From the NCBI GenBank assembly GCA_003576805.1, contig QEVM01000001.1, forward strand, positions 2,646-66,645: 64,000 nt of DNA, in the 5' to 3' direction. Shown here piece by piece: positions 29,559-39,433 of this stretch. The position numbers and the translations under genes are program-made. This stretch comes from Pseudomonadota bacterium. Lineage in GTDB: Bacteria > Myxococcota_A > UBA9160 > PR03. The stretch's first letter is position 1. Each line of letters opens with the position of its first letter. The notes under the pieces were generated by a model. It was not told the origin of the DNA. It did not search any database and saw nothing but the letters and a program-made list of their open reading frames with translations.

Positions 29559-30636
29559 GGACCACGAGGCGACGCGCTCGCAGCTCACGGGCGAGCTCGA
29601 GTCGTCGGGCTACCGCGTCGTCGCCGCGCGCGACGGGCGCGAAGCGTTGGAGGCACTCCGCAGCGCACCCGTCGACCTGATCCTCAGCGATTACCGCATG
29701 CAGCCGATGGACGGGCTCTCGCTGCTCCGCGCCGTGCGCAAGACGCTCGAGGTCCCTTTCGTGCTGTACAGCGCTGGCGCCGACGCCCAGGCGGTCTTCG
29801 CGGCAGGCCGCGCCGGCGCGGTGCGCTTCCTCGAGTTCCCGTTCCGCGTCGCGGACCAGCTACTCCCGACGATCGCCGACACGCTCGCGTCTCGGGGCGC
29901 ACGCGAGCGCTCCGAACGCCGCGTCGGCGCCGAGCGCTTGATCGGATCCTCGGCCGCGATGCGTCGCGTGAAGGCGACCATCCGTCGCATCGCGCCCACC
30001 GCGACGACCGTCCTGATCCACGGCGAGACCAGTACCGGGAAGGAGCTCGTCGCGCGCGCGATCCACGAGGAGAGCGGTCGCGGTGCCTTCGTCTCGGTGT
30101 CGGTGCCGGAGCTATCCGACGGTGTCATGGAGAGCGAGCTCTTCGGCCACACGCGTGGCTCGTTCACGGGAGCGGTCGCGTCGCGCCAGGGACTCTTCGA
30201 GGCCGCGAGCGGCGGCACGCTCTTCCTCGACGAGATTGGCGACACACCGCTGCCCGTCCAGGTGAAGCTCCTCCGCGCGCTCGAGACGCGCGAGGTCCGC
30301 CCCGTCGGAGGAACGACTTCCCGCCGCGTGGACGTACGCATCGTCGCCGCAACCAATCGGGACCTCGCCGAGATGTCGCGCCGAGGCGCCTTCCGCGAGG
30401 ATCTCTTCTACCGCCTCCGCGGCGCAACGATTCAGCTGCCGTCGCTGCGCGCGCGGACGCGCGTGCGAGCCGTACCGCGAGTGGATCGAGGGCTCCGCGG
30501 CCCGCGGGCGCGACGCCGTGGCGATCTGGCGCGACCGGGTCCTCCAGGTCACCGTCTCCCCGTCGTCGGGGACGATCAGGGCCCCTCCAGCGACGCCTCA
30601 CTGCGATCTCCGCAGGATCGTGAGGAACGGCGCTGA
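29527..30636 (+). pseudogene. sigma-54-dependent response regulator (NtrC family), C-terminally truncated
   Basis: Receiver (LLVEDHE...[13 protein letters not shown]), AAA+ Walker [15 protein letters not shown], Walker B LFLDEIG. Family similarity stops after [16 protein letters not shown] (about nt 30456). The lid and HTH are absent and the remaining ORF is unrelated sequence. Confidence 0.75.
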
Positions 30637-31207
30637 CGTGAACGAAGAACCTCTCCGCGGAGCCGTGGCTGTCGGTACGACCGCCGACCTTGCGCGCTCG
30701 GCGCGCCGCGAGCGCAAGGCCGACGAGGAAGATCCCGTGGGCGGGGACGCCGATCAGCCAGTGGCCGGTGCGCCAGATTGGCTCCGTCGCGGCGACGTGG
30801 CCGAAGCGGAGCTCCCAGACGAAGAAGTCCCAGGGTGCGTAGATGGGTGCGACGGCGCAGGCGACGCAGAGGAGAGTCAGGGCAAGCAGGGACGGGGCGA
30901 AGCGTCGAGTGCGGGCGTGTGTCAGCGAAGCAAGCGCCGCTCCTCCCGCGCCGATCGCGGCGAAGAGCAGCCAAGGCTGCAGCGCCATGGACGGCGCGAA
31001 GAGCGGCGGCCCGAGCGCCGGCTGATACGCGAGCTTCCACGCCGCCCACTGGGTCCCGGCCCAGAGAACCAGGACGAGGGCGCCGAGCACGCCGACGAGG
31101 GAACCGACGAAGATGCCGGTGGCGGTGTTCCGCCGGCCGGAGGAGGGGAGGCGGTAGAGGCGAGTAGCAGACACGGCGCGCTTCCCCGTGGCGGGAACGC
31201 CGGTCAC
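30608..31207 (-). pseudogene. traG: TraG/VirD4-type coupling protein, N-terminal membrane fragment only
   Basis: GTQWAAWKLAYQPALG, IYAPWDFFVWELRFG and SHGSAERF match the TraG N-terminal blocks as I recall them (ATQYFAH.F.YQPALG, YAPWSIL.W, HGSARWA). There is no Walker A (PTRSGKG) or NTPase domain. The rest of the 347-aa ORF is antisense to the regulator gene. Confidence 0.65.
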
Positions 31208-31242
31208 CCGAGGGGTGGTGAGAGTATATCGCGGTAGGGGCG

Positions 31243-31385
31243 GTCAGCGTCCGTCGGCCGCGGTCCTGCTCGTGCTCGAGGTGGTCGAGCGCTCTCGACA
31301 GGATCGCCATCTGCTGAGCAGACCTGATCCGCTGAGGAGACCTGTGATCGGGCGTGTGCACGCGGAAGGTGAGCGGACAACTGCG
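31243..31385 (-). pseudogene. remnant of the 3' end of a second, diverged relaxase gene
   Basis: Encodes ..AILSRALDHLEHEQDRGRR, versus ..LTWALDDVEHEQDRGRER* at the end of the intact relaxase. By hand alignment 31256-31292 matches 42916-42952 at 32/37 nt, plus GTCAGCG 7/7. A 1-nt insertion displaces the stop frame. Confidence 0.55.
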
Positions 31386-31579
31386 GGCGAGCCAAGTGTT
31401 TCCGCGGGCTCAGACTCGCCTAGGAGGACCCTAAGAAATCCGGCGCGCGCTCCCGGACCATCCCCCGCATCGGGCACGAGGCGTTGTGCGCGCTCGTGGG
31501 CGCTTGGCGTCCTCCAGAACTGCCGGAGGGCGCGAGCACGGGCAAGGTCCGGGCTGAACGTGCTCTCGCATTGTGAGTA

Positions 31580-32248
31580 GTGTCCGGTATCTTGGCGGTA
31601 ACTGTGGTTACTACAAAGTCGCGCCCGCATCTTCTCCAGCGCAAGGAACGGCAAATCGCGCTTCGGCGCGAGCACATCCTCCAGGCGGCGGCTTCCGAGT
31701 TCGCGAGCAAGGGCTTCGACAGCGCGCAGGTTGGTGCGATTGCGTCCCAGGCCGAGGTCTCCTTGGCGAGCGTGTACGCGCTGTTCCCCAGTAAGGAGCA
31801 GCTGTTTCACGCGGTGATCGAGACGACGGCCCGGTCGATGCGCGATGCGGTTCGCGCGCGGGTCGAGGACGTTGCGGATCCGAGCGAGCGATTGCTGGCG
31901 CTCATCGACTCGCTGTTCGCCTGCTTCGAGGCGAACGGCGATCTGCTTCGGATCTATGCGCGCGCGACGCACGGTCTGCCGTGGCGGATTCGGCAGAGCA
32001 TGGGCGACTCGGCCCAAGAGATCTTCTCCGAGTTTACGAATTGGGTTCGGGATCTCGTTAGCGACGCACTACGACATGGTCGCTTTGGCGATGTCAGCAG
32101 CGAGGCACTCTGCCTCGCATTGATCGGCTCCGTCACAACGGCAGCGGCGGCGGTTGCGGAGGAGACCACGAGCCATTCCCTCGCAGAGATCGCCGCAGGA
32201 GTTCGTTCGCTCTTTTCGCGGCTGCTCGACGGAGGAGCTGACAGATGA
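31580..32248 (+). CDS. TetR/AcrR family transcriptional regulator
   Basis: RREHILQAAASEFASKGFDSAQVGAIASQAEVSLASVYALFPSKEQLF HTH. Start uncertain (GTG 31580 or 31604). Confidence 0.85.
   Translation: MSGILAVTVVTTKSRPHLLQRKERQIALRREHILQAAASEFASKGFDSAQVGAIASQAEVSLASVYALFPSKEQLFHAVIETTARSMRDAVRARVEDVADPSERLLALIDSLFACFEANGDLLRIYARATHGLPWRIRQSMGDSAQEIFSEFTNWVRDLVSDALRHGRFGDVSSEALCLALIGSVTTAAAAVAEETTSHSLAEIAAGVRSLFSRLLDGGADR
31598..31611. promoter_or_regulatory. inverted repeat GTAAC-TGTG-GTTAC overlapping the possible TetR start (candidate operator)
   Basis: Seen directly. 5-bp arms, positioned at the 5' end of the TetR-efflux operon. Confidence 0.3.
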
Positions 32249-33342
32249 AGCTCGCGCAGCTCATCCCCGCGCTCGCGATCGCCGCGTTTGCATGCAGCTC
32301 GCAGGAGGCCACCCCGTCCGCCGGCCAGAAACAAGCGGAGCCGATCGCAGTCGCGACCGCGATTGTCATGGCCGAAGAGTGGGCAGAACCGATCATCGGG
32401 ACCGGAACGGTCGCGGCCAGCAAGACCACCGACATCGGTCCGCTCGTCAGTGGCGTGATCGACGAGATCTTCGTCGCAGTCGGGAATCGCGTGCCTGCCG
32501 GAGCCCCGCTCTTTCATACGCGCGCCAACCACTACGAGAACCGCGTTGCCCAAGCGGAGTCGCAGCTGCGGCTCGCTCGCGCGGAAGTCGTGAACGCATC
32601 GCGCGAGCGCGGGCGCATCGGAGAGCTACACGAGAAGCACGTCGCATCGGATCAGCGCCGGGACGAGGTCGGCACCGCGTGGGAGATTGCGACCGCGCGG
32701 CGTGACCTCGCGGAAGCGATGCTCGCGGAGGCACGCCAGGATCTCGCCGACACCCTCGTCCGAGCGCCGTACGATGCCGTCATCACGCAGCGCTACGTGG
32801 ACGAGGGTACGATGCTGACGACGATGCTCTCGAGCTCGGCTCGTGTCGTCCAGATCATGAAGGTCGACCTCGTCATCGCGATCGTGCAGCTCCCTGAGAT
32901 CCACCTGCCCCGTATCCATGTGGGAACGCCGTCACGAGTGCGTGTCGCTGGAACAGCCACCGACTACGAGACCTATGTTGCCGTGTTGAACGATCGGGCA
33001 GATCCAGTCTCTCGGGCGTTCGAGGTGCGGCTCCCCATCGAAAACAAGGACCACACCCTCAAGCCCGGCCTGTCGGTCGAAGCGGAGCTCCGACCGGAGG
33101 CACGCAAGATCTCCACCCTCGACCGCGCGGCCGTGCTCGGGAGCGGTGAGTCCCGCTGGGTGTTCGTGCCGGAGGGAGATCACGCGGCACGCCGCGAGGT
33201 CCGCGTTCGCGAACTCGACGCGAGGCGCCTCGAAATCGTGGAAGGACTCATACCCGGGGATCAGGTGCTGGTTGGTTCGGATCTTTCGCGACTCGAGCCG
33301 GGCGTCCCGATCCGCATCGAGGGTTCCGTTGCGGATCGCTGA
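32245..33342 (+). CDS. efflux RND periplasmic adaptor (membrane fusion) lipoprotein
   Basis: Lipobox AIAAFAC, coiled-coil hairpin region, barrel-sandwich and beta-barrel segments. ATGA-type overlap with the TetR stop. Confidence 0.85.
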   Translation: MKLAQLIPALAIAAFACSSQEATPSAGQKQAEPIAVATAIVMAEEWAEPIIGTGTVAASKTTDIGPLVSGVIDEIFVAVGNRVPAGAPLFHTRANHYENRVAQAESQLRLARAEVVNASRERGRIGELHEKHVASDQRRDEVGTAWEIATARRDLAEAMLAEARQDLADTLVRAPYDAVITQRYVDEGTMLTTMLSSSARVVQIMKVDLVIAIVQLPEIHLPRIHVGTPSRVRVAGTATDYETYVAVLNDRADPVSRAFEVRLPIENKDHTLKPGLSVEAELRPEARKISTLDRAAVLGSGESRWVFVPEGDHAARREVRVRELDARRLEIVEGLIPGDQVLVGSDLSRLEPGVPIRIEGSVADR

Positions 33343-36300
33343 TGTCTCGATTCACCGGCCCGTCTTCGCGACGATGCTGGTTGGCAGCCTCGTTGTGCTC
33401 GGGGCCGTCTCGTACGGTCGTCTCGGGGTCGACCTCTTTCCGCACATCGAGTTCCCCTACGTAGCCGTCACGACGACTCTCGAGGGCGCCTCGCCCGACA
33501 CCATCGAGACCGAGGTGACCGACGTCATCGAGGAGGCACTGAACACGATCTCAGGGATCGAGGAGCTCCGCTCGGTGAGCTCCGAAGGTCTCTCGCAGGT
33601 CTTCCTTCAATTCGAGCTCGATGAGGACCCGGACGTGAAGGCGCAGGACGTGCGCGACAAGGTCGCGCGCGCCCGCGGCAAGTTGCCCGTCGATGCCGAG
33701 TCGCCGATCGTCGAGAAGATCGACCCCGACGCCGCGCCGATCCTCTCCGTCATGGTGGCGGGCCAGCTTCCGGTTCGTGAGCTCACCGATTTCGCGAAGC
33801 GCGTGGTCAAAGAGCGACTCCAGCGTGTACCCGGAGTGGGGTCGATCACGATCGTCGGTGGGCGGGAGCGCGAGATCCGCGTCTGGGCCGACGGTCCACG
33901 CATGCGTAGCCACGGACTCGCTGTCGACGAGGTGATTGCTGCGCTACGCGCCGAGCACGCCGAGGTGCCAGGAGGCTCGCTCGAAACAGGCGGCGGCCTC
34001 TCCGAGTTCGCGGTGAAGACGAAGGGGGAGGTCGAGTCAGTCCGTGGATTCGAAGGGATCACGGTTGCGTTCCGCGAGGGCCAGGCGACACGTTTGCGCG
34101 ACGTTGCGCGCGTCGAAGATGGCATGGAGGACGAGCGGTCCTACGCGGAACTGGATGGAACCCCCGGCGTCGCCCTCGAGGTTCGCCGGCAATCCGGACG
34201 GAATACCGTCGAGGTTGCGCGGCAGGTGAAAGCGGTCGTAGCCGAACTCCAGGGCGCAGCGCCAGCTGGCGTGGGCATCACCGTCGCGCGCGACATTTCA
34301 CGCTTCATCGAGGCGTCGGCTCACGACGTGGCCGTGGATGTCTTCCTGGGCGGGCTTCTGGCGGTGCTCGTAACGCTCGTGTTTCTCCGGAGCACGCGCG
34401 CGACGCTGATCGTCTCCGTCGCGATCCCCGCATCGATCGTCGCCACCTTCTTCCTCTTCTATCTGATGGGTTTCACGATCAACATCCTGACGCTGCTCGC
34501 GCTGTCCCTATCGACCGGGCTCCTGGTGGACGACGCAATCGTCGTCCTCGAGAACATCCATCGGCACATCGATGCGGGGATGTCTCCGCTCGAAGCTGCT
34601 TCTGCGGGGACGGCCGAAGTCGCGGGGGCCGTGATCGCGGCGACCGCAGCGGTGCTCGCGGTGTTCGTCCCGATCGCCTTCATGGAGGGCGTGATCGGGC
34701 GCTTCTTCTTCGAATACGGCCTCGCGATCTCCTTCGCCGTCGCCGTCTCGCTTCTGGTCGCGGTGACGCTCACGCCCACGCTCTGCGCGCGCGTGCTTCG
34801 ACGCGAGGAGCACCACGGGCGGGTCTTCCAGTGGTTCGACGACACCTACCGGGGCTGGGATGTTGGGTATGGAAAGGTCCTGGACCGGGCCCTCCAGCAT
34901 CGGCCTCTCGCGCTGTTGGTCGCCCTCCTGTCGATCCCCGTTGGTGTTCTCTTTGCGACAGGGGTTCCACTCGAGTTCTCAGGGAGAGTCGACCGAAGCG
35001 AGTTCGAGGGCATCGTCGAGCTTCCGCAGGGCGCCGGCGTCGGCGAAGCCAAACAGGTGGCTGCTCGAATCGGGCAGGCGCTTCGCGAAGTTCCCGGGGT
35101 GTCGACCACCTTCGTGTCGGTCGGCGGTGGAAGCCGCGGCGCCATCAACGAGATCAGCCTCTACGCCGGCCTGACCCCGAAGAACGCACGGGACGAGAGC
35201 CAGCTGGCCATCATGGAACTCGCGCGCGAGTCAGTCCGCCGCGCTGTTCCGAACGCGAAGAGCGTCAATGTGAACGAGGTCTCGTGGATCTCCGGAGGCG
35301 GCTTCACCTCGTACAACATGGAGTACGGAGTCCAGGGAGCAGATCTTGCAACACTGCAGAAGTTCACTGACGCAATCGTCACCCGCATGCGCGCCGACCC
35401 CAGCTTCATCGATACGAAGTCCAGCTTCGACCTCGGGAAGCCAGAGGTCCAGCTCCACATCGATCGCGCCCGGGCTGCCGACCTGGACGTCTCGACGAGG
35501 ACGCTCGCCAACACGGTCCGAGCCGTGGTGGGCGGAATGGACGTCGCGACCTACGAGGAAGATGGCACGCGCTACGACGTGCGATTGCGCGGCGAGGAGT
35601 CGCAGCGGGACAACCTGGCTGCACTGAGCCAGATCCAGGTGCGCTCCGCGAGCGGCGGGCTCGTGGAACTCGCGAACGTCGCAACCCTTCACATCGCCAG
35701 CGGTCCCGCGCGAATCGACCGCCTGAATCGTTCCCGCAAGATCTCGATCGTCGCCAACAACCCGGAGCACGTGGCACTCGGAATCGCCGTGAATCGACTC
35801 GACGAGATCGCGGCCGAGGTCGGGCTCCCGCCCGGCTACACCGGCGCGCACGAAGGCACCGCCAAGCGGATGAAGGACTCCGCACGAGCGGTGCTCTTTG
35901 CGTTCGCGATGGCGCTCGTTGCGCTCTATATGATCCTGGCCAGCCAGTTCAACAGCTTCCTGCAGCCGGCCGTGATCATGTTGACCGCACCACTCTCGTT
36001 CTCAGGCGCTTTTGCAGCGCTCTGGGTCACGGGCACACAGATGAGCATCTTCGCGCAGATCGGGCTCGTCGCGTTGATGGGCCTCGTGATGAAGAACGGC
36101 ATTCTGCTCGTGGACTACGCGAATCAGCTGCAGAAGCAGGGCGCGAGTACGCGCGACGCCATCCGCAACGCGGGTCCCGTTCGCCTGCGACCCGTCTTGA
36201 TGACGACCGTGGCGACGATTGCGGGCATGTTCCCGGTCGCGCTGGCGACGAGTGATGGATCCGAGTGGCGGAATCCGATGGGGATCCTCGTGATCGGCGG

Positions 36301-36463
36301 GCTCACGTCATCGACGGTGCTGACCCTGGTCGTGGTGCCTGTGGCGTACACGTACGTGGACGACATTCGCAACGCGCTGGCCCGCGCGAAGACGCTCGGC
36401 GGGCGGCTGGCTCCCGCCGCTCAGCGTCTACTCGGTGAGATTCGCTCTCGTCGGAAAGCGTAG
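33329..36463 (+). CDS. efflux RND transporter permease (AcrB/HAE1-like)
   Basis: (M)RIADVSIHRPVFATMLVG N-terminus, 12-TM/two-porter-domain layout, conserved GLLVDDAIVVLENI and LVMKNGILLVDYAN. In-frame TTG start at 33329. Confidence 0.9.
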   Translation: MRIADVSIHRPVFATMLVGSLVVLGAVSYGRLGVDLFPHIEFPYVAVTTTLEGASPDTIETEVTDVIEEALNTISGIEELRSVSSEGLSQVFLQFELDEDPDVKAQDVRDKVARARGKLPVDAESPIVEKIDPDAAPILSVMVAGQLPVRELTDFAKRVVKERLQRVPGVGSITIVGGREREIRVWADGPRMRSHGLAVDEVIAALRAEHAEVPGGSLETGGGLSEFAVKTKGEVESVRGFEGITVAFREGQATRLRDVARVEDGMEDERSYAELDGTPGVALEVRRQSGRNTVEVARQVKAVVAELQGAAPAGVGITVARDISRFIEASAHDVAVDVFLGGLLAVLVTLVFLRSTRATLIVSVAIPASIVATFFLFYLMGFTINILTLLALSLSTGLLVDDAIVVLENIHRHIDAGMSPLEAASAGTAEVAGAVIAATAAVLAVFVPIAFMEGVIGRFFFEYGLAISFAVAVSLLVAVTLTPTLCARVLRREEHHGRVFQWFDDTYRGWDVGYGKVLDRALQHRPLALLVALLSIPVGVLFATGVPLEFSGRVDRSEFEGIVELPQGAGVGEAKQVAARIGQALREVPGVSTTFVSVGGGSRGAINEISLYAGLTPKNARDESQLAIMELARESVRRAVPNAKSVNVNEVSWISGGGFTSYNMEYGVQGADLATLQKFTDAIVTRMRADPSFIDTKSSFDLGKPEVQLHIDRARAADLDVSTRTLANTVRAVVGGMDVATYEEDGTRYDVRLRGEESQRDNLAALSQIQVRSASGGLVELANVATLHIASGPARIDRLNRSRKISIVANNPEHVALGIAVNRLDEIAAEVGLPPGYTGAHEGTAKRMKDSARAVLFAFAMALVALYMILASQFNSFLQPAVIMLTAPLSFSGAFAALWVTGTQMSIFAQIGLVALMGLVMKNGILLVDYANQLQKQGASTRDAIRNAGPVRLRPVLMTTVATIAGMFPVALATSDGSEWRNPMGILVIGGLTSSTVLTLVVVPVAYTYVDDIRNALARAKTLGGRLAPAAQRLLGEIRSRRKA

Positions 36464-36476
36464 TCGAGGAAGGTGC

Positions 36477-36959
36477 ATGAAGCGGAAATGGATCGAATCC
36501 TATGACGTGTCGATCGCGCAGGGACTGTTCGCGGCGAACGCAAGCCTCGACGGACTCCCTGGTTTCCTGGGCGCGCAATTCGCCGAGTTCGGTCCTGGCA
36601 GGCTGCGCATCGAAATGCCGGTTCGGTCGGAGTTATTGACGCCGTTCGGGAGCTTGCACGGTGGTGTTCTGGCCGCACTCTGCGATCACGCACTGGGCTG
36701 CGTCTGTTATCCGCACATGCGCCGGGGACACTGGGCAGCGACGACGGAGTTCAAGCTCAACTATCTCGCTCCGGTGCGGTCCGGAACGGTACAGGTCGAA
36801 GCGCAGATCGTCTCCATGACGCGCACGACGGCGGTGGTCCGCATCGATGTGCACAATGAGGATCGACTCGCGGCCGTCGCCCAGGGGACGGTGTTGATTC
36901 GCGAAGGCCCAGCGGCGTCTAGCGAGCGAGCGCAGTCGGAAGCGACGCCAGGCGGCTGA
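36477..36959 (+). CDS. PaaI-family (hotdog fold) thioesterase
   Basis: FGSLHGGVLAALCDHALG...TTEFKLNYLAPV. GAGGAAGG RBS before ATG 36477. Confidence 0.8.
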   Translation: MKRKWIESYDVSIAQGLFAANASLDGLPGFLGAQFAEFGPGRLRIEMPVRSELLTPFGSLHGGVLAALCDHALGCVCYPHMRRGHWAATTEFKLNYLAPVRSGTVQVEAQIVSMTRTTAVVRIDVHNEDRLAAVAQGTVLIREGPAASSERAQSEATPGG

Positions 36960-38142
36960 AGATCGCGAAGCGCTCCCAGCGGACCTGCTCCTCCACTACG
37001 TGTGCACCCGGCGGAAGGAAGCTCAAGGCGGCGTCGAACATGCACGCGAGCTCCGTGCGAGCGAGGTTTACGCCGAGGCAGTAGTGCGGCCCATGACCGA
37101 AAATCGCGAGGTCGCGCGTATCGCGGCGGATGTCGAAGCGATCCGGGTCGGGGAAGACGGCCGGGTCGCGATGGGCTCCGAGGAAGCTCAGGAGAAGGAT
37201 CTGTCCCTTCCGAATGGTCTTGCCGCATAGTTCGAAATCGCGAATCGCGTAGCGCGGTAGCCCCAGCGATCCGAAGTCGAAGCGCAGAATCTCGTCCACC
37301 GCGTTCGGCATCAAGCGACCGTCCCCGCGCAGCAGCTCCATCTGATCAGGGTGCGCGAGGAGCGTGCGGAGGCCGTGCGTGCCGCCGATCGTCGTGGTCT
37401 CGGTGCCGGCTGCGACCAGACCCGCCACCATGAGCACGATCTCGTCGGTGCTCATCTGGTCGTTCTCGTCGTGCGTGAGCACGAGATCCGACACGAGATC
37501 TTCCTGCGGCTGCTTGCGTCGCTCGCCGGCCAGCGCCCGCACGTATTCGCAGAGTTCCGCCATCGAGTCTTCGGATCGCTTCCGCTCCTCCGCACTGAGG
37601 AACGGGCTGATTCCGCGCACGGCGTCGCGGCCGAGCTGTCGCCAGTGAAGCTCGTCGTCGCCCTTGGGCGGAACGCCCGTGATGCGACCGATGACCGTGT
37701 TGGGAATCGGCTCCGTGAACTCGTCATACAGGTCGACGACGCCGTCGCGGTCTCGGAGTGGTCGCGCGAATTCTTCGACGACGGCCCGGACCTGGCTCTC
37801 CATGCGCTTCACGGCCCGCGGCGTGAGCGCGGCCGAGACGAGGCGGCGCATGCGTGCGTGTTGATCCGGAGGCGCCGCGAACGGGCTGTTCTCGGCGATC
37901 CAGCGTGCCACGGAGCCCTCGGGAGGTGCGCTGTAGTGCTCGTACGCACGCCGGTCGTTGGTCACGTTCGGATCCGTGAAGAGCCGTCGTACGTCGTCCC
38001 AGCGCGTGATGATCCAAGCATTGAATCCGGGCAGCAGGTGAACGGGGTCCTCGTCGCGCACTCGCGCGAGTACGGCTGCCGGATTCTCGAAGTACTCGTC
38101 GGTGAGGAACGGGTCAGGCGCGAGCGCGTTCGGTGCTGCCAT
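36919..38142 (-). CDS. cytochrome P450
   Basis: AGTETT I-helix, ExxR (EILRFD), heme loop FGHGPHYCLGVNLA. ATG 38142 preceded by GGGAGG. The start lies 29 nt inside the upstream P450. Confidence 0.9.
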   Translation of the reverse strand: MAAPNALAPDPFLTDEYFENPAAVLARVRDEDPVHLLPGFNAWIITRWDDVRRLFTDPNVTNDRRAYEHYSAPPEGSVARWIAENSPFAAPPDQHARMRRLVSAALTPRAVKRMESQVRAVVEEFARPLRDRDGVVDLYDEFTEPIPNTVIGRITGVPPKGDDELHWRQLGRDAVRGISPFLSAEERKRSEDSMAELCEYVRALAGERRKQPQEDLVSDLVLTHDENDQMSTDEIVLMVAGLVAAGTETTTIGGTHGLRTLLAHPDQMELLRGDGRLMPNAVDEILRFDFGSLGLPRYAIRDFELCGKTIRKGQILLLSFLGAHRDPAVFPDPDRFDIRRDTRDLAIFGHGPHYCLGVNLARTELACMFDAALSFLPPGAHVVEEQVRWERFAIFSRLASLPTALAR

Positions 38143-39433
38143 GGGACCTCCCATTTCGAGCGGGCGTGAAGTGGATCGGGAGGCGCTTCGGGCCGCGCAG
38201 CAGGAACGAGTCGATGTAGGGCACGTTCGGCTCCGCCAGCTCGAAACCGGCCATCGCGCCGAGCAGCTCCTCGAAGGCGACGCGCGCCTCGAGCCGGGCG
38301 AGCGAGGCACCGAGGCAGAAGTGGATCCCAAAGCCGAATCCGAGATGCACGGTGTTGCTGCGCTCGATGTCGAATCGGTCGGGATCGGGGAACTGGCGCT
38401 CGTCGCGGTGCGCGGCGCCGATGCACGGCAAAACCGTCGAGTCCTTTGGGATTCGCACGCCGGCGAGTTCGGTATCGCGCGTCGCGCGTCGGAAGAGAAT
38501 CTGGATCGGGGCGTCGTAGCGGAGGATCTCTTCGACGAGTGCGGGGATTCGCTCCGGCTCTTGCTGCACCGCAGACAGCTGGGCTGCATTCCGCGACAAG
38601 GCGATCATTCCGTTGCCGATCAGGTTCGTCGTGGTCTCGTTCCCGGCGATCAGCAACAGGACGACGAACATCAGGACCTCCGTGGTAGAGAGCGCGGCCT
38701 CGCTCGCCTCGGCCGCAACGAGGGTCCCGATCAGATCGGAGCGCGGCTCGCTGCGCCTGCGTTCGATGGCCGTGCGCAGGTAGGCGTCGAGCTCGCGAAA
38801 GGCCTCGAACACGGTCTCTGGGCGGAGCCCTTCGGTCGATCCCGAGCCGCTCTGGATCAAGACGTCCGACCAGCGCTTGAAGTCTGCGCGGCGCTCGGTC
38901 TCGATCCCGAGGAGCTCTGCAATCACGGTGACGGGGAGCGGAATCGAGAAATCATGGACGAGGTCCATCTCACCCTTCTCGCGGACCGGCTCGAGACACG
39001 CGCGCGCGATCTCGCGAATACGCGGCTCAAGCGCTGCGATCCGCTTCGGTGTGAAGCCGCGGTTCACGAGACTGCGAAGCGGACCGTGGATCGGCGGGTC
39101 GGACGCGATCAGCATGCGGGACTTCAGAAATTCGCCGAGCGGGATTGGCATCTGCTGGAAGAGTTCGAGCATGCGCGCCGCATCGGCGCCTTGAAAGCCG
39201 AGCCCCGACGCCTGCGTGCCGACTCCGAGACCGCTCATCATGATCGTCATCATCGCGGTCGACGAGAACAAGTCGGGCTGCTTGAACACGCGCATCACGT
39301 CGTCGTAGCGAGTCACCATGAAGAATCCGCTCGGCTCGGACCGATACACCGGAGCCTCGCGGCGCAGTCTCTCGTAGTGCGGATAGGGATCCTTCGAGAT
39401 CTGCGGGTCAAACGGATCGATGGCGATGCTCAT
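38114..39433 (-). CDS. cytochrome P450
   Basis: AGNETTTN, EILRYD, FGFGIHFCLGASLA. Close paralogue of the next gene. Confidence 0.9.
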   Translation of the reverse strand: MSIAIDPFDPQISKDPYPHYERLRREAPVYRSEPSGFFMVTRYDDVMRVFKQPDLFSSTAMMTIMMSGLGVGTQASGLGFQGADAARMLELFQQMPIPLGEFLKSRMLIASDPPIHGPLRSLVNRGFTPKRIAALEPRIREIARACLEPVREKGEMDLVHDFSIPLPVTVIAELLGIETERRADFKRWSDVLIQSGSGSTEGLRPETVFEAFRELDAYLRTAIERRRSEPRSDLIGTLVAAEASEAALSTTEVLMFVVLLLIAGNETTTNLIGNGMIALSRNAAQLSAVQQEPERIPALVEEILRYDAPIQILFRRATRDTELAGVRIPKDSTVLPCIGAAHRDERQFPDPDRFDIERSNTVHLGFGFGIHFCLGASLARLEARVAFEELLGAMAGFELAEPNVPYIDSFLLRGPKRLPIHFTPARNGRSHGSTERARA

